Assembly: GCA_043803945.1 (NCBI GenBank)
Contig: JAZDJN010000005.1
Location: 1-17,439 of the forward strand
Reading direction: 5' to 3'
Source: a bacterium
GTDB taxonomy: Bacteria > Bacteroidota > Ignavibacteria > UBA10030
Length of the DNA: 17,439 nt
Shown here: piece after piece, positions 9,496 to 17,307 of the stretch
Numbering within the stretch: the first letter of the stretch is position 1
Layout of the letters: each line of letters begins with the position of its first letter
The notes under the pieces: generated by a model
What the model was told of the DNA's origin: nothing
The model's input: the letters and a program-made list of their open reading frames with translations, nothing else
Databases searched by the model: none
Position numbers and translations under genes: made by a program

Positions 9496-10038
9496 ATGCC
9501 ATTCTTTATCTATACCATCGACAAGCAATCCAACGAACTTGAATCTTTCTCCAGTCCCAAAGAAATATCTTTGGCAGGTGCAGCAGGACCGATCGCTAAG
9601 TTCGTTCGCAGCAAGATCAACAGTAGCACAAGACCACCTTTTGAGTGGCACATGACCGAACTTGAGCTTGTGCACTCCCTTGGCTTCACCGACGAAGAAA
9701 CATTTTATCGTGCTGTTATCATCGACCTGAAACCAGGGGACAAGTCTCACGCTCACCTTTATAGGATTCGAGACATCTGGGGATACACCTACTCCGATTG
9801 GACTCCTATTTGTGTTCGCCTTGAGGAACTACGGATCGATTCGAAGGTTTCTCCTAATGTTATCAAGAAAGGATTCACAGTATCCGGGTATCTCAACGAT
9901 CCCGTAATTGAGTTTCTCTATCTTCGTGGTGGATTGGATACGAAAGGTTGGCCGTGGGGGCCAGTTGGCTCTGTAAATGGTGTGTTGCTTTGGCCTGATG
10001 CGTTGAAATATTTTTTGTCTGCCATTGGCGGCGCATAA
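9496..10038 (+). CDS. Hypothetical protein (second gene of the same cassette)
   Basis: 180 aa, starting 7 bp after the previous stop. Its TAA lies inside the GCATAAC box of attC2, a typical cassette arrangement. Confidence 0.75.
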   Translation: MPFFIYTIDKQSNELESFSSPKEISLAGAAGPIAKFVRSKINSSTRPPFEWHMTELELVHSLGFTDEETFYRAVIIDLKPGDKSHAHLYRIRDIWGYTYSDWTPICVRLEELRIDSKVSPNVIKKGFTVSGYLNDPVIEFLYLRGGLDTKGWPWGPVGSVNGVLLWPDALKYFLSAIGGA

Positions 10039-10189
10039 CAAACGGCAAACCGGCGCTCGCACACTGGATAGGCGAAGTTGAAACGATGGTTGGCTAGATG
10101 TAAAGTGCTCGCTCCATTGCTCGCCGCCGCAAGGGATGAGTCTTTCATATGCGGCGGCTCACAACGGCGGTTTGCCTTGAACGTTAGCC
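10033..10189 (+). repeat. attC-like site 2
   Basis: GCATAAC...GTTAGCC with stem GGCAAACCG/CGGTTTGCC. Confidence 0.9.
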
Positions 10190-10308
10190 GCCATGCGGCA
10201 CGATTTGGTCAGCTCCAGATTTGGGGAACGCATTTAGCAAAGTGCTAAACAGTAGCTCGCCGCATGCGAGCCAAGAATTGTCAATCAACCCTGGAGGTGC
10301 TAAGTTTC

Positions 10309-11484
10309 ATGCAATGCTTAGGGAGGACGAAAAGAGGGAGATGCAAACTTTCCGTGAACGAACTCTGGCCGTTCTGTTCTCATCATACATGGCAGCCATT
10401 TGTCACGGCATTTGCTGTCCTGAGTGTCATAGGGGTATTTCTTGCGTTCTATAATGATCTGCGCGAGGCAATTCTTGAGCCTCTCAAATCCTCGAACATG
10501 AACGCAGATGCAATCCAAAACGACGGTTTCTTGGAAATGAAGTCCCTAAGGACATTCCAAGGCCCTTTCTATAGCTGCAACATGTTCATCCCGATATTCC
10601 ACATTATGAACTTGCGAAGCGAGGAACTTGTAGTTTCGCAGATTGACTTCTACTTTGTGAATCCGAAGGTACAAGAGCTAATTCCAGGTTTTCCGGCAGA
10701 TCGCTACGGTAGCTACTTCCACTTAAAGCACTCTGGAGGCTACTGGAGAGCCAACGAAGAACGCGTTGTGATGTCAGACTCTTTTCCCACCGGCCCCGTT
10801 TTCATTCCTCGCGAAGTTTACGTGGAGATCTATCATTCGGGATCAGAGGCCGGATCACACTTTCGCTTTGCTCTAAGCAATGACAAAGACGTCGAGTACT
10901 GGACAAAGCCAAGGCATATTGATTTCGATAAGTTGGATGTTGGCATAGATAGATTGCACGCATATCGGCAGGCAAAAGATTTTGCAGACCAGCTGATGCA
11001 CACCAAGGGACTGGCAATGGGTATTCCGATGAAGACAATCGCGACCAAGCTGCCAAACGCATTGGACAACGTAGCGATCACCGAATGGGGTTTCTTGTTT
11101 GCAGGTTTTCAAGAAGGTCGAGGGATATGGGTAAACATTGACAGTGCCGGGGCTAGAGGAGGTGTGGTCACCTCGATATCACACCCCGATCTTTGCGCGT
11201 TCCTAGTAAGAGCATCGACAAAACCGCTCATTATTGGCACCCGTCAGGCAGTATCAATCGCTGATCAGAACAATCTCATCTTTGCAAATACTTGCCAAGG
11301 AGTCTGGCTTGAGCCGGACGGCTTAGTTGGCGAAGAAAGGCATCCGATCTGGAAACTCCCGTATGTAGGTAGCAACTATATGACACTTTTCATAGATGGG
11401 TTCACAGGCGAAGTTCTCGAAGAGGATTTGGAATATCAACGAAAGGGTAAAGGCCCACCATGGAGATTTCGAACTAAAAAGTGA
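10309..11484 (+). CDS. Hypothetical membrane-anchored protein with an N-terminal Cys/His motif
   Basis: Start placed at ATG 10309 (GGAGGT upstream; the frame is open from 10264). CLGRTKRGRC...FCSHH is a putative Zn-binding motif, followed by one TM helix. The C-terminal W...FIDGFTGEVL is reminiscent of PepSY-like ends. Confidence 0.7.
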   Translation: MQCLGRTKRGRCKLSVNELWPFCSHHTWQPFVTAFAVLSVIGVFLAFYNDLREAILEPLKSSNMNADAIQNDGFLEMKSLRTFQGPFYSCNMFIPIFHIMNLRSEELVVSQIDFYFVNPKVQELIPGFPADRYGSYFHLKHSGGYWRANEERVVMSDSFPTGPVFIPREVYVEIYHSGSEAGSHFRFALSNDKDVEYWTKPRHIDFDKLDVGIDRLHAYRQAKDFADQLMHTKGLAMGIPMKTIATKLPNALDNVAITEWGFLFAGFQEGRGIWVNIDSAGARGGVVTSISHPDLCAFLVRASTKPLIIGTRQAVSIADQNNLIFANTCQGVWLEPDGLVGEERHPIWKLPYVGSNYMTLFIDGFTGEVLEEDLEYQRKGKGPPWRFRTKK

Positions 11485-11645
11485 GCAACCTTGACTGAGG
11501 ACAACCGCGATTGGCTCCCACAATCTGAAGAAAAAGAAGGGTCTACTCTCGTCGGATGATGGTTCCAAGGCTGTTACAGCGATTTGACAATAATAGCGTG
11601 AGAATAGAAAAGCATAGCAGGCACACTTATCTTCAAGGAGACATT

Positions 11646-12218
11646 ATGAAATTGGTATTCGCACCGAGCGTCCTTATCGTGCTACTTTGCACCTACTTTG
11701 CGTGTAGTCAACAGAAAAAGCAAGCCAATCAACCTTTCATGATATCAATTGAAGGGGAAGTATTCCAAGAGAGTGATATCAACTTTTTGTATCCCGCGAA
11801 GAGTCAATTGGCTTACAGGGTCAAGGTAAGTCTAAAGAACACTGGAGAACAGACATTGGAGTTTGACCAAATCGAGACTGCGTTTGTACCACAGGGTGGA
11901 ACTCCATTGAAACAAATGAGTGGCATACGCAGAAAAGGATCACAACAAAATGAGAAGGTAACGCTGGAGCCAGGATCTGTCAAAGAGTTTCCAGCGTTTA
12001 CGAGCGATGGCTATACGAACGATCTCATAAGCGATGCCCGAGGTAGACCTCTAAGATTTTCAGTTTCGCTTCTTTCTTTGGGCCAACGCTTGTTCGGGCC
12101 AACCATGGCTGTCCTTCCTGATATCAAGAAGCTAAGTACTTTGCCTTCGTATCATCAATCCTTGTCCGACAAGAAAGTCAAGGGATTTCCATTGACTTTT
12201 TCGTTGTCAAGTCCGTAG
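11646..12218 (+). CDS. Hypothetical lipoprotein
   Basis: AAGGAG then ATG 11646, followed by a hydrophobic stretch ending YFAC (lipobox-like) and a beta-rich domain (VKVSLKNTGEQTL). Confidence 0.7.
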   Translation: MKLVFAPSVLIVLLCTYFACSQQKKQANQPFMISIEGEVFQESDINFLYPAKSQLAYRVKVSLKNTGEQTLEFDQIETAFVPQGGTPLKQMSGIRRKGSQQNEKVTLEPGSVKEFPAFTSDGYTNDLISDARGRPLRFSVSLLSLGQRLFGPTMAVLPDIKKLSTLPSYHQSLSDKKVKGFPLTFSLSSP

Positions 12219-12284
12219 CCTCCGAGGAAGAATGTGAAACATCATCAAAGGAATTATTGTTTTCAGCTTTTGTGCCGCACGAAC

Positions 12285-12428
12285 GGCTAACAAAACTAAG
12301 CACGCCGCTCGCACATTGGCAAGGCTCTCGCACGAGCCAACGCACGCGCAATAAGTTGTGCTCGCTCCACCCCGCCGTCAATTATAGAACATCGATGGCG
12401 GGGCGGCGTGCTTACTCGAACGTTAGGC
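12285..12428 (+). repeat. attC-like site 3 (divergent)
   Basis: GGCTAAC...GTTAGGC with stem TAAGCACGCCGC/GCGGCGTGCTTA. GTGCTCGCTCCA is retained. Confidence 0.88.
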
Positions 12429-12456
12429 GGCATTTGCCATCATAATGGAATGACAT

Positions 12457-12966
12457 ATGGATCGAAATGTTTCAATTGTGCCTTACTATCAATATCAGAG
12501 AGAGTATCAACGAATCAGGATTATTACTCCATTCTCAACACTATTTATTACTATCATTGTTGTCATTTTTTTTCTCATCGGAAATTGGATTTTCAAAGGA
12601 AAAGAAAGTCCTGATGATGCGTTAAAGATGAAGGTAAAAAAAATCGAGGACATTGGGGGAACGCTCGAAGATCTTTCCGAATACTTGCAACAACAGAAGA
12701 CTATTATCATCGCCCAGGATGAGCAGATCAAGAAGCTTAATAAGGCCAATCAGGATCTCGAGCCCATTGTCAAAGCAAAACAAGAGATCGTAGATGCGAT
12801 TATCTTCGAAGCCCAGAAGAAAGCTGAGGACAATTCCTGGCGAGACAGGTTAATTGGGATAGCAATTGGAATTATCAGTTCCTTGTTTGCTACTCTTATC
12901 TGGCATTTCTTCCTTGCAGACAAGTGGATTACTTCAAGAATGAAACCGAGAGCAAACTCAATATAG
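12457..12966 (+). CDS. Hypothetical membrane protein (two TM helices flanking a coiled coil)
   Basis: 169 aa that fills the cassette, with two hydrophobic segments and a heptad-like K/E/Q-rich middle. Confidence 0.75.
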   Translation: MDRNVSIVPYYQYQREYQRIRIITPFSTLFITIIVVIFFLIGNWIFKGKESPDDALKMKVKKIEDIGGTLEDLSEYLQQQKTIIIAQDEQIKKLNKANQDLEPIVKAKQEIVDAIIFEAQKKAEDNSWRDRLIGIAIGIISSLFATLIWHFFLADKWITSRMKPRANSI

Positions 12967-13010
12967 TACCTAATTAACGTAATCCTAAAGGAGTTTTCCT
13001 GGCAAACGCC

Positions 13011-13166
13011 GCCTAACAATCGGCAAACCGACGCTCGCTCTCTGTAGAAGCAAGAGTAAACCTAAGATTGGCTCGCTATAAAGAGCTCGCTCCATTGCTC
13101 GCCGCCGCAAGGAATGGATTTTTCGTATGCGGCGGTTCGCAACGGCGGTTTGCCTGAACGTTAGGC
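13011..13166 (+). repeat. attC-like site 4
   Basis: GCCTAAC...GTTAGGC with stem GGCAAACCG/CGGTTTGCC. Confidence 0.9.
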
Positions 13167-13222
13167 GCCACCGCAACTCACAATCGACATTTTTCTAACC
13201 ATATGGCTGAACACAAAACACT

Positions 13223-14029
13223 ATGGACAATCAACTTGCTCTAGGAAAGATTCGAAAATCCATTGCCGAAGCTCAAAATGCCTTTGAAGAAGCGGTCTTT
13301 TTAGGCCACCCTTCTGATCCGGCTTGGTCCATTGAAACCGCTTTCTTAATGACTCTCTCTCTTGTTGAATCTCTTGGTCTTCACAAGCTACATCAGATGC
13401 TCTTGTCAGATTTCAGAAAGATCAAGAATTCCAAAGAAGGCTTCTCCAAGGACGAGCAGGATGAATTCACCGAAGAACCATACCCAGTCCACCTTTCGAA
13501 GTTGCGTCAATACCTACATTCAATCGAATCATTTTTTCCAGATGACAAGGATACCATCGTTTCGAAAGACGTTCTGAACATATTACGAGACATCCATTAT
13601 ACGATTGCCGACAAAACTCTTTTTGGGTGTGCTCCGAGTTCAGAAAAGGATGTTCACCTGAGGATAGAGGGCATTTTGAAGCCATTGTTCCCCGATTTGA
13701 AACACAAGCCCTCGCTAACAAAACAGATCAAGAATTTCGAGCCTGATACTGGCATCCCCTCTATTAGGACACTCATAGAGTACAAGTATCTCGATTCCAA
13801 GAAGTCGATTCCCGTCCTTGCCGACCAAATCCTCGCAGACACTCGAGGCTATGTGTCTAAGGAATGGAATCGTTTCATCTATGTCGTATATGAGACCAAC
13901 CGATTTCGATCAGAGAAGGATTGGAATCAGTTACTTGCTCAGTCCGGTTTATCAGACAACTCAGTGGTTGTAGTCCTTAGCGGTGAACCATCAAGGAAGA
14001 CGGCACGACGAAGATCTCAAATGAGTTGA
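13223..14029 (+). CDS. Putative PD-(D/E)XK nuclease with a DpnII/MboI-like C-terminal domain
   Basis: 268 aa with SEKDVH...ILKPLFPD...FEPDTGIPSIRTLIEYKY...QILADTRGY, giving an E...PD...ExK arrangement. The N-terminal domain is helical. Confidence 0.65.
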   Translation: MDNQLALGKIRKSIAEAQNAFEEAVFLGHPSDPAWSIETAFLMTLSLVESLGLHKLHQMLLSDFRKIKNSKEGFSKDEQDEFTEEPYPVHLSKLRQYLHSIESFFPDDKDTIVSKDVLNILRDIHYTIADKTLFGCAPSSEKDVHLRIEGILKPLFPDLKHKPSLTKQIKNFEPDTGIPSIRTLIEYKYLDSKKSIPVLADQILADTRGYVSKEWNRFIYVVYETNRFRSEKDWNQLLAQSGLSDNSVVVVLSGEPSRKTARRRSQMS

Positions 14030-14061
14030 CTTTTCTTCATGATTTCTAGGAATGCGGCGGC

Positions 14062-14219
14062 GCCTAACAATCGTGCTTGCGACGCTCGCTCGTTTGGTTA
14101 TGTCGAATAGGAATCTAAACAACGGTATATCAATTGTGCTCGCTCCATGCCGTCCGGCCACGAGAAATGAATCATTCTTACGTGGCCGGTCGGCACGGCG
14201 GTTTGCCTGTACGTTATGC
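14062..14219 (+). repeat. attC-like site 5 (chimeric, inner arms not complementary)
   Basis: GCCTAAC...GTTATGC. The left arm GTGCTTGCG faces the right arm CGGTTTGCC. Confidence 0.85.
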
Positions 14220-14244
14220 GCAATTGGCTTGTGGAGCGTTTCCT

Positions 14245-14814
14245 ATGAAAACCCTTCGTCTTGTTCGCTCGACACACTATCTCGTGGTTGCAATGAGCTT
14301 ACTGCTCGGCCAATCCAGCCTGGAAGCACAACAATCATCAAGTGCTGCTGCGGAGGACTGCCCCATTTGGATGAACATCGGTATGGGTGGCGGGTCAACT
14401 GGTGTCTCGCTCGGAACAAGCCTTTCCTATGAACTTGAGAGTAGCCTCCTCACTCTTCGCTATATTTACAATAAAGAAATAGAATTGTTGGGAGATTCCA
14501 CCCCCTGGGAATCAGTCTCTGACATCGGCGTCCTTTATGGCATCATGACCAAAGCATCATACGGGATGGCTTCCTTATCTGCAGGTATTAGTACTGTCAG
14601 AGGAGTTCGCCGAGGCGGGTTCATAGCAAAGACTGGATTGTTTTCAACCACGTACGCGGAGATACGCTTTTCTACCGCGGGAATCCCATTGGAGGGACGA
14701 CTATATTGGCGGACTTCGTCTAGCTTCGGAATCGGCATATATGTCGTCGGAAATCTGAATGATCAGAAGTCCTTCATCGCTGCGCAACTCTCTGTTGAAG
14801 GAACACTGTGGTAG
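14245..14814 (+). CDS. Hypothetical secreted protein, probable outer-membrane beta-barrel
   Basis: GGAG then ATG 14245, signal peptide ending LEA-Q, Gly/aromatic amphipathic strands and a terminal W. Confidence 0.65.
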   Translation: MKTLRLVRSTHYLVVAMSLLLGQSSLEAQQSSSAAAEDCPIWMNIGMGGGSTGVSLGTSLSYELESSLLTLRYIYNKEIELLGDSTPWESVSDIGVLYGIMTKASYGMASLSAGISTVRGVRRGGFIAKTGLFSTTYAEIRFSTAGIPLEGRLYWRTSSSFGIGIYVVGNLNDQKSFIAAQLSVEGTLW

Positions 14815-14828
14815 CACAAGCCAACTGC

Positions 14829-14984
14829 GCCTAACAAACGGCAACACGGCGCTCGCACGCTGGATAGGCATGGGAGAGGCTAGGATTGGCTAAATGTTAA
14901 GTGCTCGCTCCATTGCTCGCCGCCACAGCTTACCGGTCATTCGATTGTGGCGGCTCGCAACGGCGTGTTGCCTAAACGTTAGGC
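14829..14984 (+). repeat. attC-like site 6
   Basis: GCCTAAC...GTTAGGC with covaried stem GGCAACACG/CGTGTTGCC. Confidence 0.9.
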
Positions 14985-15017
14985 GCAACGCTTCGTCACT
15001 GGACATTTGAGGGCGTC

Positions 15018-15875
15018 ATGAATTCTTCCACCATGTTCGCTAGGATCGTCTTCACCTCCGCCGTTCTGACCGTGCCACTGTTTTCCCAGTACGCTCAAAT
15101 GGAATTCCCTCTACAAGTAGGTGATCGCTGGCAATTCTCCGAAGTCCAGGGACCGCCGGGCGTCGAAGAGTCGCGGGTCATTAGTGAGGCAATCATGGCG
15201 AATGGGCTCAAGTACGCGGTGATCGCCGGCTCGATGGCAGCAGGTAATTATCGCAAAGAAGGATCCAAGGTTTACCAGTGGATATCCTCGGCTGATAGGC
15301 TCATCTGCGATTTCTCGAAGAAGCCAGGAGACACATTGGCTGTTTATCCAAACGGTCCCGATTCCACAATGGTTGTTGTTATGGATCAGGGCCTCTGGAT
15401 GTGTTTCGACCAACTGCGCTTTCAAATGAGGTTCAAACACGTCAGTTATCGATCTCCGGGGCACATAAGAGCCATTTACCACGTCGCGGACAGCGTGGGT
15501 TTCGTCAGGCTGGACCAGGAGACCGTACATTTTTGGCTCGTCGGCGCTGTCATCAACAGCAGACAGTTCGGTCTCGTAACTTCCATTGCCAAGGCTCAAT
15601 CGGATATGCCCACCGGTGCTCAACTCTTGCAGAATTATCCGAATCCGTTCAATGCTACCACAATGATCTCTTTTCGCATCAACGTGGCATCTGAGGTTTC
15701 GATCAGAATCCATGATCTTATGGGTCGCAAGATTGCCTTGGTGCTGTCTAGACATCTTCTGGCCGGTTCATACAGCCTCAACTGGGATGCTTCACTGTGT
15801 CCAAGCGGTGTCTACTTCTGCAACCTTGTCGCTGGCTCGACGGTGAAGACGACAACGATGATTCTGCTCAAATAA
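15018..15875 (+). CDS. Secreted protein with a T9SS type A C-terminal sorting domain
   Basis: Signal peptide. The C-terminus reads LLQNYPNPFNATTMISF...IHDLMGRKI...WDAS..PSGVYFCNL...TMILLK. Confidence 0.88.
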   Translation: MNSSTMFARIVFTSAVLTVPLFSQYAQMEFPLQVGDRWQFSEVQGPPGVEESRVISEAIMANGLKYAVIAGSMAAGNYRKEGSKVYQWISSADRLICDFSKKPGDTLAVYPNGPDSTMVVVMDQGLWMCFDQLRFQMRFKHVSYRSPGHIRAIYHVADSVGFVRLDQETVHFWLVGAVINSRQFGLVTSIAKAQSDMPTGAQLLQNYPNPFNATTMISFRINVASEVSIRIHDLMGRKIALVLSRHLLAGSYSLNWDASLCPSGVYFCNLVAGSTVKTTTMILLK

Positions 15876-15889
15876 GCACGAAGCGCTGC

Positions 15890-16045
15890 GCCTAACAAAC
15901 GGCAAACCGGCGCTCGCACGCTGTATAGGCGGGGGAAGTACAAGAGTGGCTAAATGTAAAGTGCTCGCTCCATTGCTCGCCGCCACAGCCATTGAGTCTG
16001 TTCGATAGTGGCGGCTCGCAACGGCGGTTTGCCTAAACGTTAGCC
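15890..16045 (+). repeat. attC-like site 7
   Basis: GCCTAAC...GTTAGCC with stem GGCAAACCG/CGGTTTGCC. Confidence 0.9.
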
Positions 16046-16081
16046 GCAACCGCTCGTAATAATTTTCTGAAAGGAATAACT

Positions 16082-16468
16082 ATGATATGTCCAGCTTGTA
16101 ATAATACAGCCACGACTGTATTCCGTGATCTCTATTCTCTTCAAGGAGTTACCATTTTCCAGAAGTACAAAGGGTATCTTAATTGCCATTCGTGTGGTGC
16201 GACTCTTCGTGTGGCTGGTTATGATAAAAGGATTTGGTACTACTACATCCCATTACTATTTATCATAGCGGTGTTCGTTTCATTCTATAATTCTTGGTCC
16301 CCAATAGTCTTATCTTGGCTCGAAATCATCGGGCCAGTTGCAACAGTTATTATATCTTTCTGTTTAATCATCCTTATTCCTTTCATAATTGATTATAGCT
16401 TCTTGAAGTATGCTCGTGTCGAGATAACTGGTAATCCCGCTAGCTCGACGATAGGAGTTCATACCTGA
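16082..16468 (+). CDS. Zinc-ribbon (CxxC...CxxC) membrane protein with two TM helices
   Basis: CPAC...CHSC followed by two hydrophobic segments, with an AAGGA RBS. Confidence 0.75.
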   Translation: MICPACNNTATTVFRDLYSLQGVTIFQKYKGYLNCHSCGATLRVAGYDKRIWYYYIPLLFIIAVFVSFYNSWSPIVLSWLEIIGPVATVIISFCLIILIPFIIDYSFLKYARVEITGNPASSTIGVHT

Positions 16469-16497
16469 TTTTTCAATTGTATCTCACGAGCGGCTGC

Positions 16498-16649
16498 GGC
16501 TAACAATCGGCAAACCGACGCTCGCTTGCTGTAAAGTCTTAAACGAACCAAACAGGGCTTGATAAATTGTGCTCGCTCCATTGCTCGCCGCCACGGAATG
16601 AATTAGTCATAGTGGCGGCTCGCAACGGCGGTTTGCCTAAACGTTAGGC
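16498..16649 (+). repeat. attC-like site 8
   Basis: GGCTAAC...GTTAGGC with stem GGCAAACCG/CGGTTTGCC. Confidence 0.9.
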
Positions 16650-16742
16650 GGCATGTGGCTTTTGTAAGTTGATAAGATGTACCATGCTATTCAATGAGAA
16701 GTAGTTATCCATCATATTCTTACATTAGGAGGAGATAACCTT

Positions 16743-17096
16743 ATGCGCCGCAAAGATTATATGTTCATGCTGATTCTTGTTATGCTTTCAAGTTTCCTAG
16801 GTGGAGCCTTCATGAGTTGGTTGCTTTTAGATAAGGTAGCCTTTGCTCAGGTCGATGATAAACCGGCAACAATAATCAGGGCTAAGGCTTTCCAATTAGT
16901 GGATGATAGAGGGAGGATCCGAGCTAATCTATCTTGTTATAATCCTTCAAAGGTTGTAAATAAACGTATAAATGATTCGGTAATGCATTCTCAGATAGAA
17001 GTGCGTCAGGATGAAGTGAGGTTTGAATTGATGGATGCGAGTGGGACGATAGTCTGGTCAGCTCCTCAATCATTTAAACCAACATTTATCAAATAA
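16743..17096 (+). CDS. Hypothetical exported or membrane-anchored protein
   Basis: AGGAGGAG RBS, N-terminal hydrophobic segment ending AFA-Q, and an IRAKAFQLVDDRGRIRA motif. Confidence 0.75.
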   Translation: MRRKDYMFMLILVMLSSFLGGAFMSWLLLDKVAFAQVDDKPATIIRAKAFQLVDDRGRIRANLSCYNPSKVVNKRINDSVMHSQIEVRQDEVRFELMDASGTIVWSAPQSFKPTFIK

Positions 17097-17151
17097 ATGT
17101 TATTGGCTATAATAAATTTCAATCTAGAGACATAACTATATGCCACACGCC

Positions 17152-17307
17152 GCCTAACAATCGTGCTTGCGACGCTCGCTCATCTGGTTATGTCGAATAG
17201 GAATCTACATGGCGGTATGTCAATTGAGCTCGCTCCATTTCGTGCCGCCACGGAATTGAGCTTTTATAGTGGCGTCACTCAACGGCGCAAGCACTCAGAC
17301 GTTATGT
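17152..17307 (+). repeat. attC-like site 9
   Basis: GCCTAAC...GTTATGT with stem GTGCTTGCG/CGCAAGCAC. Confidence 0.9.

Noticed and set aside
15111-15755. 214 aa minus-strand ORF
   Set aside because: It is antisense to the clearly supported T9SS-CTD gene.
12985-16049. Similar minus-strand peptides (MRWRLTFRQTAVANRR at 12985-13176, MRLTFRQTAVASRH at 15792-16049) and + strand ORFs 9101-9307, 12257-12445 and 14052-14432
   Set aside because: They are translations of the attC repeats, and their similarity comes from the DNA repeat.
9019-17307. CRISPR array interpretation of the recurring repeats
   Set aside because: The repeats are about 150 bp, imperfect and separated by 0.4-2.1 kb gene-containing units. 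No cas genes are present.
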